From: Octopus vulgaris
Lineage: Eukaryota
Assembly (NCBI GenBank): GCA_951406725.2
Contig: OX597823.1
Coordinates: forward strand, 23,374,001-23,438,000
Length of the DNA: 64,000 nucleotides
Direction: 5' to 3'
In this document: positions 12,101-26,800 of the stretch, piece after piece
Layout: every line of letters begins with the position of its first letter
How positions within the stretch are numbered: position 1 is the first letter of the stretch
Notes under the pieces: generated by a model
The model's input: the letters and a program-made list of their open reading frames with translations, nothing else
The model's database searches: none
Told to the model about the DNA's origin: nothing
Made by a program: the position numbers and the translations under genes

Positions 12101-14628
12101 GTGCACCCTCATCATCATCATCATCATCATTTAGCATCCGCTTTCCATGCTAGCATGGGTTGGACGGTTCAACTGGGGTCTGTGAAGCCAGAAGACTGCA
12201 TCAGGCCCAGTCTGATCTGGCAGTGTTTCTACGGCTGGATGCCCTTCCTAACGCCAACCACTCCGTGAGTGTAGTGGGTGCTTTTTACGAGCCACCCGCA
12301 CAGGTGCCAGATGGAGCTGGCAAATAGCCATGGACGGATGGTGCTTTTTACATGCCACCGGCACGGGGGCCAGGCGAGGCTGGCAACGGCCACGATTGGA
12401 TGGTACTTTTTACGTGCCACCGGCACGGGGGCCAGGCGAGGCTGGCAACGGCCACAAACGGATGGTGCTTTTTACGTGCCACCAGCACGGAGGCCAGTCG
12501 GGGCGGCACTGGCAACGGCCACGATTGGATGGTTCGCTTACTTTTCACCGGCACTGGTATCACAGCTGCAATTTCCATTGATGTTGATCGACTTCGATTT
12601 TGGTTCTGCTTTCTGATATCTGATTTGGTTTGATTTTGATTTTGATTTATACACTAATAAATAAGGTAGGTATTCCTTATCAAGGCACATGGCCAAACAC
12701 TAACAGAAAAAAAAAACAATGTTTTTCTCAATGGCTTTAATCATATATGCAAAATACATAAGGCAGTGAACTGGCAGAATGGTTAGCACAACAGGTGAAA
12801 TGCTTAGTAGTGTTTCATCTACCGCAACATTCTGAGTTTAAATTCCGCCAAGGTCGACTTTACCTTTCATCCTTTTGGGGTCAATAAAATAAGTACCAGT
12901 TGAGTGATCGACTGTCCCCCTCCCCACAAAATCCAGGCTTTGTGCCTATAGTAGAAAGGATTAATTATGTATGTAAAATAAACTGTCTCAGACTGAGAAT
13001 CAAATCCAGAACATTTACTAACTCCTACTTCAAAGTTTAGGCCTTCTGTCTATGTGAGAAATTATTATAGTTGTTGTTATTCTTCATTGATCTAAATTTT
13101 ACTTTAATTCTAGATATTCACAACTATTTTGTGAAAGTACAGAATGCAATTTTGTTTGAACCTGGGAAAAAAATGTGGGTTAATAAAGCTGTAACAGAAG
13201 AAGCTTGTGCGAAAAAGTGTTTGTCTGATGTCAAGTGTTTATCATTTGAAATGACTAAAAAAGGTAAAAGATGTTACTTATCAAGGAAAACTGCAGTTTA
13301 CTCCAATAAAATGAGACACGACAAAGACAGAGATTACTACCAACTAGTAAAACGTAATTATTCTTTGTATTTTATAATTGGATTCTCTTTTTCTTTTTTT
13401 CTGATGCTTCTAATTCACTATTCTGCAATCCATCACTGAGTTTTGCCTTTTATCCAGATTTATGCTTGTTAGAACTGGTTTCACCATGATTTTGGAATGT
13501 CAATATGATTTAAGATATCATGCCTCTTAAAACATTAAACAATTTAACAGTTTAAGTCACTGAAATCCCAGCCAACTATGCTCCATCAAATTGTCCTCTT
13601 TGGAAATCAGATAGGTTATGCAATTTAAATAATTTAAAGATAAATACCTGGGAAAAAAATGAAAAGAGGGGTTGTATCATGAAATACAAGGCATACATAA
13701 TGCATATGAACACATATATACAAACTAGAATAGTTCTGAATTTGTACTATTGCCATGATAATCTAAACAACAGGGTACAATTTAATACCATAAAGAAAAA
13801 AATTCCCTCATCACTAAATGTGACTAAAGGTGATGTGATACCTACATTGCTAGAAATAGGAATAAAATACTCCTGGTGCTGTATACACTCTTTCATGCAT
13901 CTCAACCACTGCAGGCCCCTCCACATCTCTCATATGCCTGTCTGTACACTTTCCATGCCCTCACATATCTACTTTACCCACATCCTAACCACTCCAATTT
14001 CTCTCACCGTCACTTGCTATAGTCAAATCTTCCCAATCTCTAAACATACCCACTTAAACTCTTATCGAACATCTCCCTCTATTCCCTCTGTACTACTTAT
14101 ATTCCCCCACCCCACAGTTCCAATGTCATCTATTTCTATCACTCTCTCTCTCTCTCACTCTGACTGTCTCTCTATCTTTCTCCCTAGCACTCTCCCACTT
14201 TTTGTCTCCTTCCTTGTACTTCTGGGTAGCCAAATATCTCCTCTATTGTAAGACAATTATCTCAGTCCTTCTATAATGCTCTAACCACTTGCCAGGCACA
14301 CAACCACTTTTCTTGGTTCCATTCCCTATCTCAACTAAGTGGTCTTTGTCTTGCAAGCTTCTTGGTAATCCGCTGGTGCTGGTGTCTTGTCTTGTAAAAA
14401 AAAAAAGTACCCAGTACACTCTGTAAAGTGGTTGGTGCTAGGAAGGGCATCCAGCCAGAGAAACTATGTGAAAACAGACAATTGGAGTCTGGTTCAACCT
14501 TCTGGCTTTCCAGCTTCTGTGAAAACGTCCTATCCATGCCAACATGGAAAACAGACATTAAATGATGACAATAATGATAATGATGATATCTATATATATA
14601 TAAAAAACATACATACACACATACACAT

Positions 14629-14688
<60 letters not shown>

Positions 14689-14713
14689 ATACATACATAC
14701 ATACATACATACA

Positions 14714-14747
<34 letters not shown>

Positions 14748-16217
14748 CACACACACACATATATATATGCATATGTATGTATATGTGTGTGTGTGTGCTT
14801 GTCCCCACCACTATTTGACAACCAGTTTTGGTTCGTTTACATCCCTGTAACTTATTGGTTCAGCAAACAGAAACTGATAGAATAAGGTTTAAAAGATAAG
14901 TACTGTGTTGATTCATTCGACTAAACCCTCCCAGCTGGTGCTCCAGCATGGATGCAGTCTATGATTGAAACAAATAAATAAATGATATAAATGTATTAAT
15001 AGGAAAAGTAGAAGAGTTAAAAACCTGACATAAGCACAAACAGAAATATTTTGAAGAATGTGTAGGAATCAGTATGGTATGCAAGAAGAGGAAGATGCTA
15101 TGAAAAGGTAGAAGTAATCTGCTTTAATGAAGACGAGGTTATAAAAATGTCTAGAAGACAGGAGGCCAGGTGTTACTCTTATCAGAGCACAGAACGCTAG
15201 AAAGCTTTCTATCCTTTTGTAAAATGAATTAAAACCCCTCTGCTGACTACATCACAAACACAACATCAAAATCTCAAACACCAAAACAATAGTGTACAAG
15301 TGTGTATCACTGAGAAACTTACATGTGTGGAAATGGCCACACATATCCAAGTGAAGAAGTGCTTGTGTGAAATATAGGTAGATACAGACTTCATTACTAT
15401 AGGCCATCGATTCAAACACTTGAGAACCTTCTACTCACAACAGAAAGTGAAAGTAGGGACACCCTCACCTAAATTCTTCTGACTCCACAAATCCAATAGC
15501 AATGGCAACAAAAGCAACAAAGTCCCTCAATCTCAACGCATCACCATATGACATACCTCTCACTACTCAGATCATTCAGACATGTTTTGTAATGAGAGCA
15601 AGTAGTGCAAAAAGGGGAAAACTGTTCCAATAAGAGAACAGAGTAAAAGGAAAAGGCACAAAACAAATCTAACATCACAAAAAAAAAGAGACTTAAAAGT
15701 GCAACACCAGTGCTATATTCTCCTTCATTACTACCATCAGAACTGATAGAGACAAAATTTACAATCCAACAACCACTCAAAAAAAAAAAAAAACTAAATC
15801 TACACACAAACCAACATCATGTGTTCACAAACACAGATAAAAACAAAAAGAATTGATGAAAGGCTTACATCAACACCCAAACATTACACAAAACTTACCC
15901 ACAATAATGAATAGCATGCCAACATATATGAAAAGCATAAAAACAACACAAAACATTTGTAACCTTTTAAAAAGTAAATACCATAATGGAGTAGAAGACT
16001 TTGCAGGGAATATTAACAAAAGACTATTCAAAAAACTACCCATGGAAACAACACATCAAAGTAGAGAGACAGAACACCTATTGCCTCTACAGAAATAAGG
16101 TTAAGTAGGTATTTCATCCCTTTGGGGTTGATAAATTAAGTACCTGTTGAGTACTGGGGTCAATGTAATTGACTAGTCCTCTCCCTCCAAATTTCAGGCC
16201 TTGTGCCTTCAGTAGAA

Positions 16218-16265
<48 letters not shown>

Positions 16266-16833
16266 TTTAACATTATTATTGAGTGAGAGAGTAGTGCATG
16301 CCATCAAAGTGACACTGGAGTAAAATATACAAAGCCCAGTATACCCATCATGACTACCCATCTGATGAGGGTACACTAGGCACATGCATCACAACCATTT
16401 GTGCATGACATGGTGATCTCATATCAAGATAAACAACACATGACCTTGCAGGTTGGGCCCAGTTTGAATTTTCTTCTGGTCGAGTAAACCATCCCACTCA
16501 AAAGGTCCCTGAATAAAGGTTGTTTAACGATGTTGAATGAAACACCCATGTTTTCAGAGGTGAATTATTCAAACCCCAAAGAATCCCTCTCAACACATGG
16601 CTATGATGCTCCCCCACTACTTCTGCTCATGATCAGAGATGCACATATCGCCAGCCACAAAGGGACATGCTCAACTGGTTAAGGTCAAACAACTGACAGG
16701 CAAGTCTGGGGTATTGAGCAGAATATTTGCTGTAGCCCATCTTTTATACCAAGGCAAAACAATGTACATGATAACACTTCTAATCAGTTAAGATCAGAAG
16801 CCATGTGAGCCACTGCCTGGTATTGCATCAGGG

Positions 16834-16871
<38 letters not shown>

Positions 16872-18224
16872 GAAAGCAGCGCATGCCATCAAAGTGACAC
16901 TAGGGTACAAATATACAAATCCTAGTATACCCATCATGACTAGTTGAGCACTGGGGTCAATGTTATTGACTAGTCCTCTCCCTCCAAATTTCAGGCCTTG
17001 TGCCTTTAGTAGAAATTATTATTATTATTATTATTATTTTTGTATTTTTTTTAAAGATATTTTCAAAATAGTAGATAACTGATATTTTAAAATTAAACAC
17101 CAGTTATCCATCTGGTACATGATTTTATAAATATATTATAAAAACACAGTCCCTCTACAAAATTATATTTCATCAGACACACTTCATAGAATTCAAGTGA
17201 ATTCCAGAACATCATAAAGATGTACTCGAAGCCTTGCCTAATAGTTATGATGTAGATAATCCATTTGTACATCTCTCTCCTCATACTTTGCTTTTGTTTA
17301 ACATTGAATAGCTGTAACAATACTTGACATGTTGATTGGTTGGCTGATATCCATTTAAGTGAGTTTTGACCCTACAAAGGGACACCATCGGAGGAGAGTT
17401 GATCTAATGGAATATCTGTAATTTAAATATTGAAACAATGTTTCAATTTCCAATATGTTCTACAACTCACAGGAATGCCAACTAGATTTTCATGTTGTGG
17501 ATCAAATATTTGTTAATGATAAATATCCTATTAACAAAATTATGTGCTACATGCTTTATGATATTTAATCTATTGTTTGGTGTGTGTGTGTGTCTGTCTG
17601 TTTGTGTGTGTTTGAGTATACAATTTATTTCCCGTTTTCTTTTTTTTCCAGCCACTGATCATGTTTTTCAATTAAAAAAAGTTACCATAAGGGGGTATGA
17701 TAATATTGGACGGCTTAAAAACATAGACCTAATGCAGTGTCATCAAGCATGTCATGCATACTCAGGATGTTCATCTTATGAGTACAGTGAGACAACTAAG
17801 CAATGCGATCTGAGTAATGTGACTCACCTGACTCAAAAACTTGAACCCAGCAGTAAAGGTTGGGATATTTACATATTTAATCCAGGTCAGTAGGTTTCAT
17901 TTTACTAATTTTGTGTGTATCAGTGCATTTACGTGTGTGTGTGTTTGTGTGTGTATTTCATCATCATCATCATCATCATCTTTTAACGTCCGTTTTCTAT
18001 GCTAGCATGGGTTGGATGGTTTGACCAGGATCTGGGAAGCCAGAAGGCTGCTCCAGTCTCCAGTCTGATCTGGCAGAGTTTCTACAGCTGGATGCTCTTC
18101 CTAACGCGAACTACTTTTTACTCTCACGGAGTGGTTGGCATTAGGAAGGGCATCCAGCTGTAGAAACACTGTCAGATCAGACTAGCATGGAAAATGGATG
18201 TTAAACGATGATGATGATGATGAA

Positions 18225-18288
<64 letters not shown>

Positions 18289-20145
18289 TAATATATTGGG
18301 TCATCCCATAAATAATGTGGTTTTTTATATACTTCTTTCATTTTTCAAAATTAAAATAAACAAAGATATTTTAAATCTAAAATATACTCTCCTTCATTTT
18401 CTACAATGCTCTTCCATCTATCTGGCTGCAAGGCCTCTCTTCCAAAATTCACTTGTCTGTTCTGACCTCATCTACAGAATTCATATTTTTTCCATCCAAA
18501 TGATTGTGAAGACTGTGGGATAAATGATAATTAGATGGGGCAATATCCAGCAAATATGGTGAGTAGGGCATCGTTTCCAATTCAAACTGTTCCAGCCTTT
18601 GGAGAGTCATCCTCACTGTATGTGGCTGAGTATTATCCTGATGGAAGAACACCTTTTGTCTTGAAGCCATGGTTGTTTTTCTTCTGGTGCTGACTTGAAC
18701 GACTTGTTGAATGACCAAATCCAAGCTTCTCTGCTAGTTCCTCAACAGTTATGATGGGATTTTTTTCCACGAGGATTTATAGGACATCCTTGTTGAGCTC
18801 TGCAGATCTTCCAGGATGAGGCACATCTTGTAGGCTGTAGTTTCTGGCTCAGAATTTCTAGAACCACCACTGACACTGGCTTACACTTATTGTCCAATCT
18901 CCATATACTGTATTAATATTCCTTGTACTTTCCATTGTGCTGTTGCCTTTATTGAATTCATAAAGTAAAATATGCCAAATATGCTTGTTTGTCACTTCCA
19001 TTATAGCTTCTACAACTTTTTTGTTCCATCAGTAAAATGTCATTATTATCAAAAAATTTGTACATCTTTTCTACAATCCCTTCTGACAGTAACTTCCATA
19101 TTGATGGAAGGCAAGAGATTGGCCTGTAATTTTTGGCAGCATTTCCTTTTGATACATCCTTCAAGTACAACACTGTTCATCCTTTGGTCAACTACCCTGG
19201 GGTTTCTTTTTCTCCATCAATCAATGTATTAATTGCTCTGCAATCAATTTATCAAAACTACTGAACTTTTTTTTTTATCTAAAATCCCTGTACACCATCA
19301 GGACCTCTTGTTTTCCAGTTGCTTATCTTTTTGCTCATACTGTTTTTGTAAAGAGGAAAGCTTCTTGCTGAGGATAAGAAGCTGTTTGCTCCAGGCAATT
19401 GTGGGCAATTGTCCATTTCTTCCATTACACCACTTTCATTTCTTGTATACCCAGCATTACATGATAACCTTCTTTTGATAGTTTCTAACTCCAATTCTGA
19501 TAACCATTCATTCTTTCACATTGTTCTTGCTTGATCACATAATCTCTGTTCAGTAATTTCAAACAGGTCCATTGCCCTCCATTCTTTGTGCATTTGTTGT
19601 ATGTATCCTCTGGCTGGCACGCCAATTGCATCTACTAGACTGCTGCAATAGTAACACTCCATAACCATCATGTTTACCTGTTTACTCTACTTTTGACGCA
19701 CAGCATGGCAAGCAGTGGCTGGATTATAACTAGGCCCACCCTGCTGCACAATGAGACACCTGCTTGGTGTAGCACCTTCACCACTGGTTCCAGTCCCATT
19801 CATACCATTATTGTTAGCTATTTTGCTTGACATTTTCACTCATAAAAGAGGTGCACTTTTAGGCTACCACCAACCAGTATTTTTATTGAGACTATCTCTA
19901 GCAAGGTTGTCTGCCAGAGTGGTCCTTCTCCTAAGCTGATTGCCATTCAAGGCTGACGAGCTCAGCTGGGGCAGTGGTTATTTGAAGGCACCGGACACTC
20001 ACCTTTTTACTCCCTTCTGCTAGTTTGGCAAAAGCCTTGATTTGGGCTTTGACAGTCAGAGGCTATGTTTTGTACAGGCCGTTGGGGCATTTTATTAGTG
20101 AAGGGTGCCCAAATCTCTTCACTACACCCCAGCATTAAAGTTTTA

Positions 20146-20190
<45 letters not shown>

Positions 20191-20226
20191 TACTATTATT
20201 ATTATTATTACTATTATTATCATTAC

Positions 20227-20265
<39 letters not shown>

Positions 20266-20715
20266 TCAGTAGTTTTATTTTTATAGCGTGCTTTCACTTC
20301 ACTACTGAGCGCAGCTCTGTGTGCCTTGGGTATGTGCTGTGATTTGTTGTGATGCTCTGATGGTTATTGTATGGAAAGTGTTCTGCGTAGGATGTGTGCA
20401 GTGCCTAGTAGTGCAATTTTCTGTATGTTATATGTGTTTGTAAGTCCTGGTGTTTTTGTTATGTATTTGTCTGAATATTTTTTTATCATGCCTAATGCAC
20501 CTACTATGATAGGAATTGTTTCTGTTTTCAGATTCCACATTCTAGTTACCTCTATTTCCAGGTCTTTGTATTTTGAGAGTTTCTCCATTTCTTTTAGAGA
20601 CACGTTGTCATCAGCCGGTATTGATACATCAATTAGAAAGCATTTTTTTCTTCATGATCTCTGACAACTATATCTGGTCTGTTGGCCTTAATTTCTCTAT
20701 CTGTGTGTATCGGCA

Positions 20716-20769
<54 letters not shown>

Positions 20770-20778
20770 TATTATTAC

Positions 20779-20829
<51 letters not shown>

Positions 20830-23800
20830 TGTTATTATTATTTTGGTTTGGCTCAGGTTTAGTCTTATTCATGGTGGGATTTATGTGGGTAGCAGGTTAC
20901 TACCTGTAACCTTCGGTATCCACAAGTTATCAGCAGTCTTTCAAGTGCTTAGAACCCTCCTGATCATCCTTGTTGTCCCTAAGAGACAAATTTTCTGTAG
21001 AAGCTCTACTGGGCATTCTATTTCAATCTCCTTCAGCTATTTATCTATATCTTTGCTTACTGTTCCCAGTTCACCAATTATAGGTATATATTTACTGTTC
21101 TCATCCTCCAAATTCTTCCTATTTCAAATTGTAAGGGACTGTATTTTTCTGTTTTTTGTCCTCTCGCTTTACAATCATGAAATCAAATGAGCATGATTGG
21201 TCGATCAGTAAGCAACTTTGCTTTTCCTTATCTATAATTGTTATTTTTGGTCTATCATTTTCTAATTTCTTGTCCATCTGAATAGGAAAGTCCCACAAAA
21301 TTTTACATTTCTCTAACAGACAAACATGTATGTATGTATGTATGTATGTATGTACGTATGTATGTATGTATGTACGTACGTACGGACGGACGGACGGACG
21401 GACGGATGGACGGACGGATGGACGGATGGATGGATGGACAGATGGATGGATGGGTGGATGGCCGGATCTATGCATGTATGCCTGTATGTATGTATACACA
21501 TATATCTGTATAAACCATATGTTCATGTAGATATATATTTGTATACTTTCATATGCATGAGAGTGAAGCCCTGGTAGAATGATCTAGCAGGAGATAGAGG
21601 ACATGTCTGCACCAGTGCATGTAATGGATAGCTATGAGGTGGGAAACTGTGGATCAATGTGTGTGCACATGCAGTTCTTTGTTGGGAACATGATGTTCTC
21701 GATGGTTTTCAGGGCTCTGGTATTGAAGCTGTTGATGCTCTTTGCCAGAGTTTTCAAGAGGGGCCATGTTTCTGCTTGACAGATGGCGGGATATGACTAA
21801 GGAATATCTTTGGAGGCCTGGAGGATGCAGAGGGGCTGACATGGGACTACCAACAATGGAGAGCACTGGTGGACCTGGTCAGCTCTATGCATGATGATGG
21901 CTTTGGGATCACTAACCTGGGATGACTCCAGACCCATCAAACAAGATCATGAAGCAAGCAAGCGACATATGCACGTATGTATTTGTGTAAATATGTATGT
22001 GCAAATTTCTTAAATTTGTTTCATTCAATATCTTTTATTACAAATTGTCATTATCTCTTCATTTTCATATAAGGCCATTTTTATGAACTTCTATCAATTT
22101 CAGCTTATTTACATATTCACTGTGGAAGTCCAAAATATGTTGAAGGTGCATTGAAGTCCTACACGACCACCAACTACAAATCAGTAGTGGAATATTCTTG
22201 CCCAGGGGGTGAAAAATTTAAAGCAAGATGTGAACAAGGAGGTAAATGGACTCCAGTAATAGCTACTTGTAAAGGTAACATAAATCACATCTTTCTTGTT
22301 GCTACTGTATTGATAACTTTATTTAATTTTTTAATGAAATATTTTAGTCAGAGAAAAAATGGCTGACTCCATGGCAATTTCCACAGTATCTGTGGTTGGT
22401 CGGAGAGAGAGAGGACATTATCCTCAGACCTAAGACCCCTCCAAATGTTTGAAAATGTGGAAGCTTGTCTTCTCTGCCATGATTCCAAATAGTTCCAATC
22501 TACCAGATTTCAACCTTAGTTGTGAAGCAAATGTTTAATCACATAACCAAGACTCCACACAATACCTCATTGTTGTGACATGAACTTATTAATCCCAAGC
22601 TATATTTGACCCATTTCTCTTTATTTCTGACTTAAGTTGTCCCACCCATAATTTGTTTCATCATCCATCTCTCTGTACAATATAATGTACTGAATCCTTC
22701 ATTACTAGATTTTGGCTATCCTCTGAAACAGCTATTTGATGATCCATTGATCTTTTAATCCACTGCCCTTAATTAAAATAATACTGCAAATAATTATAAT
22801 GGTCTCTGATTTTGGCTTATGGCCATCAAATTTTGATGAGAGTGGTTTAGTAAATACCATTGACCCCAGTACTTGACTATTACTTCATGTTTTAGACTGC
22901 TGCTAGGATGATAGATGGAGTTAACCTTGGTTGAATTTGAACTGAAAATAAAAAGAGCCTGAATATATAGTGTAAATAATTTCTTTGAAAACATCAATGA
23001 TTCTTCCACTCAGCCACTTATAATTGTATAATTGATAATAGTAATGATTTTTTTTTATTTGTCTCTAGGACATGATATTAGGCAGATGATACAAAGATAA
23101 GCATAAAATATAATTGTTTATAGAGAATCAAACAAGTAAAAGAAAAATATTAGTTTACATGTATACGTTTAAAAGAAAGATGAGAATGATGATACAGTCT
23201 TCCTAAATATAGAAGGATCTTTATCTAGGGCCAGCTGAAGAACTCCATCATTGAAGATCATCCTTAACTCCAAGGACAAATGTCCACCCCAGTTATACAG
23301 GCCTGCTACCAAAAAATTGTTTCACATATATTGGGTGAAGCTGTTCAACTTTTACCTGCTGATTTCGAAAATTACAAAGAAATTATCCTATCATGTACAG
23401 TTTCTTCCAAAAATTGATCATTGCATTTTACCATTATGCCTGATTTTGACTATTGCCTTTATCATTACTATTGATTGCTATATTTAAATAGACATTAACA
23501 GTATAATAGGTGTAATTTTGTAAAATAAGCATCTAGCAATGTTTAGATTGCTTCAACTACACAGAGAGGTACCTGCATCATGGTAGCTTCAGTTGCCTAC
23601 AAGCAGTGAGGAAAGAAAGACATGCATTACAAGGTCATGTTATTCAAGTATCTTTTTATATTTCAGTTATTTCCTCATGCCTTTTTCAATATACATATGC
23701 TATGGTGCATTGTTTTATTATATCATATATTTTAAAGCATCTTTAATGATATTATGTATATACTTAGATGATAAATCAAATATAAAAACTAGAAAAGCAC

Positions 23801-26800
23801 TCAGAGAGTGTAGACCTCTGCCAAGCAGCTCATTTCCACCCATATACACACATGCTAAAAATCACCCAATTTCCCAAACCAACGCCAGCAAAAACATAAC
23901 CTCATTGGCAAGGTTTAAAAAAAATAACACAGCCATATGAATTTTAAAAAAACCCCTTAAAAACAGGAATCATCTGAAGCAGTTATAATACATCAATGAC
24001 AACAGCAAGCTAGTTTCACCATACAACTAAAAAGAAACAACAATTACCTAAAACTTGAGTGATACACACACAACGCAAGTAAAATTACTAATAGAGAAAC
24101 GAAAATAAACTTTGGAAACAGCAACGCCACCATAGGTTACGTTGAAACAATGAACGTGTTTTCAAGGGAGATAATCAAAGAACGTAACAATACTTCATGT
24201 AAAGTAAATATAACAAATGAAAAATCTTTCAAGAATCCATAAAAATTCCTGGATCACTACCAAATTTTCATCATCTGTTCCTTGTGTCATTACCAACTTT
24301 TTCTGCAAGTTTCATCAAATATTGTTCACAATGTTTTGAGTTATTTTGCACACAGACGGAAAACCAATACTGATGAAAACATGACCTTCCTTGGTGGAAT
24401 TAAAAATGTCCCCTTTCCCTTTCCTTACAGACTTCCTCATAATTTGAAGTAAGGATGTGTTCTTGAAGATGTACAGCAATCTTGGATAATTTTTTATTAC
24501 ATTTGTAATGAGTTTATGACTAAAATACATAAAAAAACATTACAAAATTTGTCAAAAATGTTACTATGCTTACATTGGTGTGAAATTAGGAGACCAAGAT
24601 AAGAAGTGGGTTCCTCATAAGGCTTGCTCAATTTGTGTTGAAGAACAAAGACGATGGACAAAAATATACAGGGAAGTCATTTCCTTTTGGGGTTCTAATG
24701 ATATGGAAAGAGCCTAAAAATCAGTGAAGAGTGTTACTTTTTGCTCATGTAAGGTGTAGGAATACAATTTGAAGGGTGAGAAAAACATTGTTTATCCAAA
24801 TCTTCCATCTGTACTGTGACCTGTTGCTTATTGACCAGATGCTTGAGTCTTATCACTACCAGGAAATCTTGAAGACATACGCTTGAGTTATGAGTCAGAA
24901 GATAGAAATAGTAATGATGATGAAAGCTTCAATTGCAGTGAAGGTAAAGAGTCTCAACTATTCAACCAATGTGAGTTAGATAATCTAATCAGGGACTTGG
25001 GGCTCACAAGCTTTTAGGTTCCAGACTTAGATCCAAGAATCTTTTAGCTCCTCACACATAATTCTATTGGTATTATAATTGCGAAAGGGAATTTGTTCCT
25101 TATTTTTCACAAGAAGATGATTTGGTTTATTGTACTGAGCCATCAGGGCTAATAAGAAAATTTGGGATAAATTACAGTCCTGATGAATGAAGACTCTTTA
25201 TTGACTTTTCGAAGAGAAGTATTAAAGCTGTTCTACTACATATGCTTTCATACCTGTTCAACACTCAGTGATCATGAAGGAAGCATATGAAAATTTGGTG
25301 TCACTATTACCCAACAATAAATTTAATGATTACAACTGGATAATTTGTGGTAACTTGAAAATAATTTGCTTGGACAAAAGTTAGGCTACACAAAGCTCCT
25401 TTGTTTCTTGTGTAAATTGGACAGTAGAAGTAGGAACCTCCATAAGTCTAAAAAAGAATGACCAGCTTGTATATGCTTAGACTAGGAACAAAGAATATCT
25501 TTTGAGAAAATTTGGCTGACCTGAAAAGGGTTCTTTTACCGCCTCTACATGTAAAACTTGGCCTCATGATATAATTCATAAAAGATTTGCTACAGGATGG
25601 AGAGGGCTTTGGGTAGTTGCATAGCAAATTTCCTGTGTTGTCAGATACCAAAGTTGAAGAGGGTGTATTTGTAGGACCAGATATAAGGAAACTTGCCAAG
25701 GATGAAAATTTTTTAAATTCTCTTAGTGATTCTGAAAAGATGCATGAATTAGTTTTAAAGATGTGAAGAAGAACTTCTTGCATAATTACAAGGATCAAAA
25801 CTAAAGAGATACTGTGGGAAGAATGCTGGAAAATTTTTAGGTCTTAGGATGTAAAAGGAACATCAAAATTCATTTCCTATATGCCCATTTTGGATTTCTT
25901 TTGAGAAAATCAGGGGGATCTGAGCAAAGAACAGGGGGAAAAGTTTCATCAAGACATAATGGAAATGGATAGAAGATATCAGGGAATATGGAATGTCAAT
26001 ATGATGGCCGACTACTACTGGATGTTGCATTGTGAATGTCTGTCAAATAATCACAAGTGAAAGAGTTTCAGACATAGTTTCCAAATGAAAAAGAAATGAA
26101 AAGAAGGAGTTAACCTTCTAAAGATGATGACTTCTTTTTATTGCTCACTAAAATTATAATGTTGATGAATAAAATTTCTTAGCTTGTTACATTAAATTGT
26201 TGACATCTACTCCAAATTTAAATGAATTCACTAGATGATGATAAAAGTGAAATTAATTTAGTTCACCAAGGTAAAACATTGCAAAATCAGTAAAGCAATG
26301 GGTTATAAGGCCTTGCCACGACAAAACATATTTAGTTACTTTCTTTTACATTCTGGGTGTGCTTAGCTTTTTATTCTTATGAGGTTGATAAACTCTAATC
26401 AAGTCTGAGATGGATTTATTCTTTAGTATTCTTACCGCAGAATGTCTGTAGTTGTATTTAAGCTATCAAAAATTATTATTAATTTTGTTAACGTCAACAG
26501 CAATTATCAACTTTGTTAATGGATTGACCATTTGACATTAGACAAAATGTATTGTGGTATTTGTTCTGGCTCTTTACCTTCTGGTTTCAAATCCTGCTGA
26601 GGTTAACTTTGTCTTTCTTTCTTTGGCTGTCAATGTAAATATATCAATCAAGGGTAGAAACCAATTTAATTGACAAACTCCAACTCAAAGTTTTGGCCTT
26701 CCATGTTAGAAATTATTATTGTGGTGGTTATCATTTTTCATTGGCCTAAATTTTACTTTAATCCTAGATATTGACATCTATTTTGTGAAGATAAAGCAGG

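Noticed and set aside
12275-12560. Regularly spaced ~60-bp repeats resembling a CRISPR array (also 3625-3810, 33410-33740, 62700-62935)
   Set aside because: The units are whole tandem repeats of the RTE 3' UTR with no unique spacers, the context is eukaryotic, and there are no cas genes.
13679-14251. 190-aa ORF just after PAN-A copy 1
   Set aside because: No recognisable motif, no paralog in the other modules, and composition driven by CT-rich low-complexity sequence.
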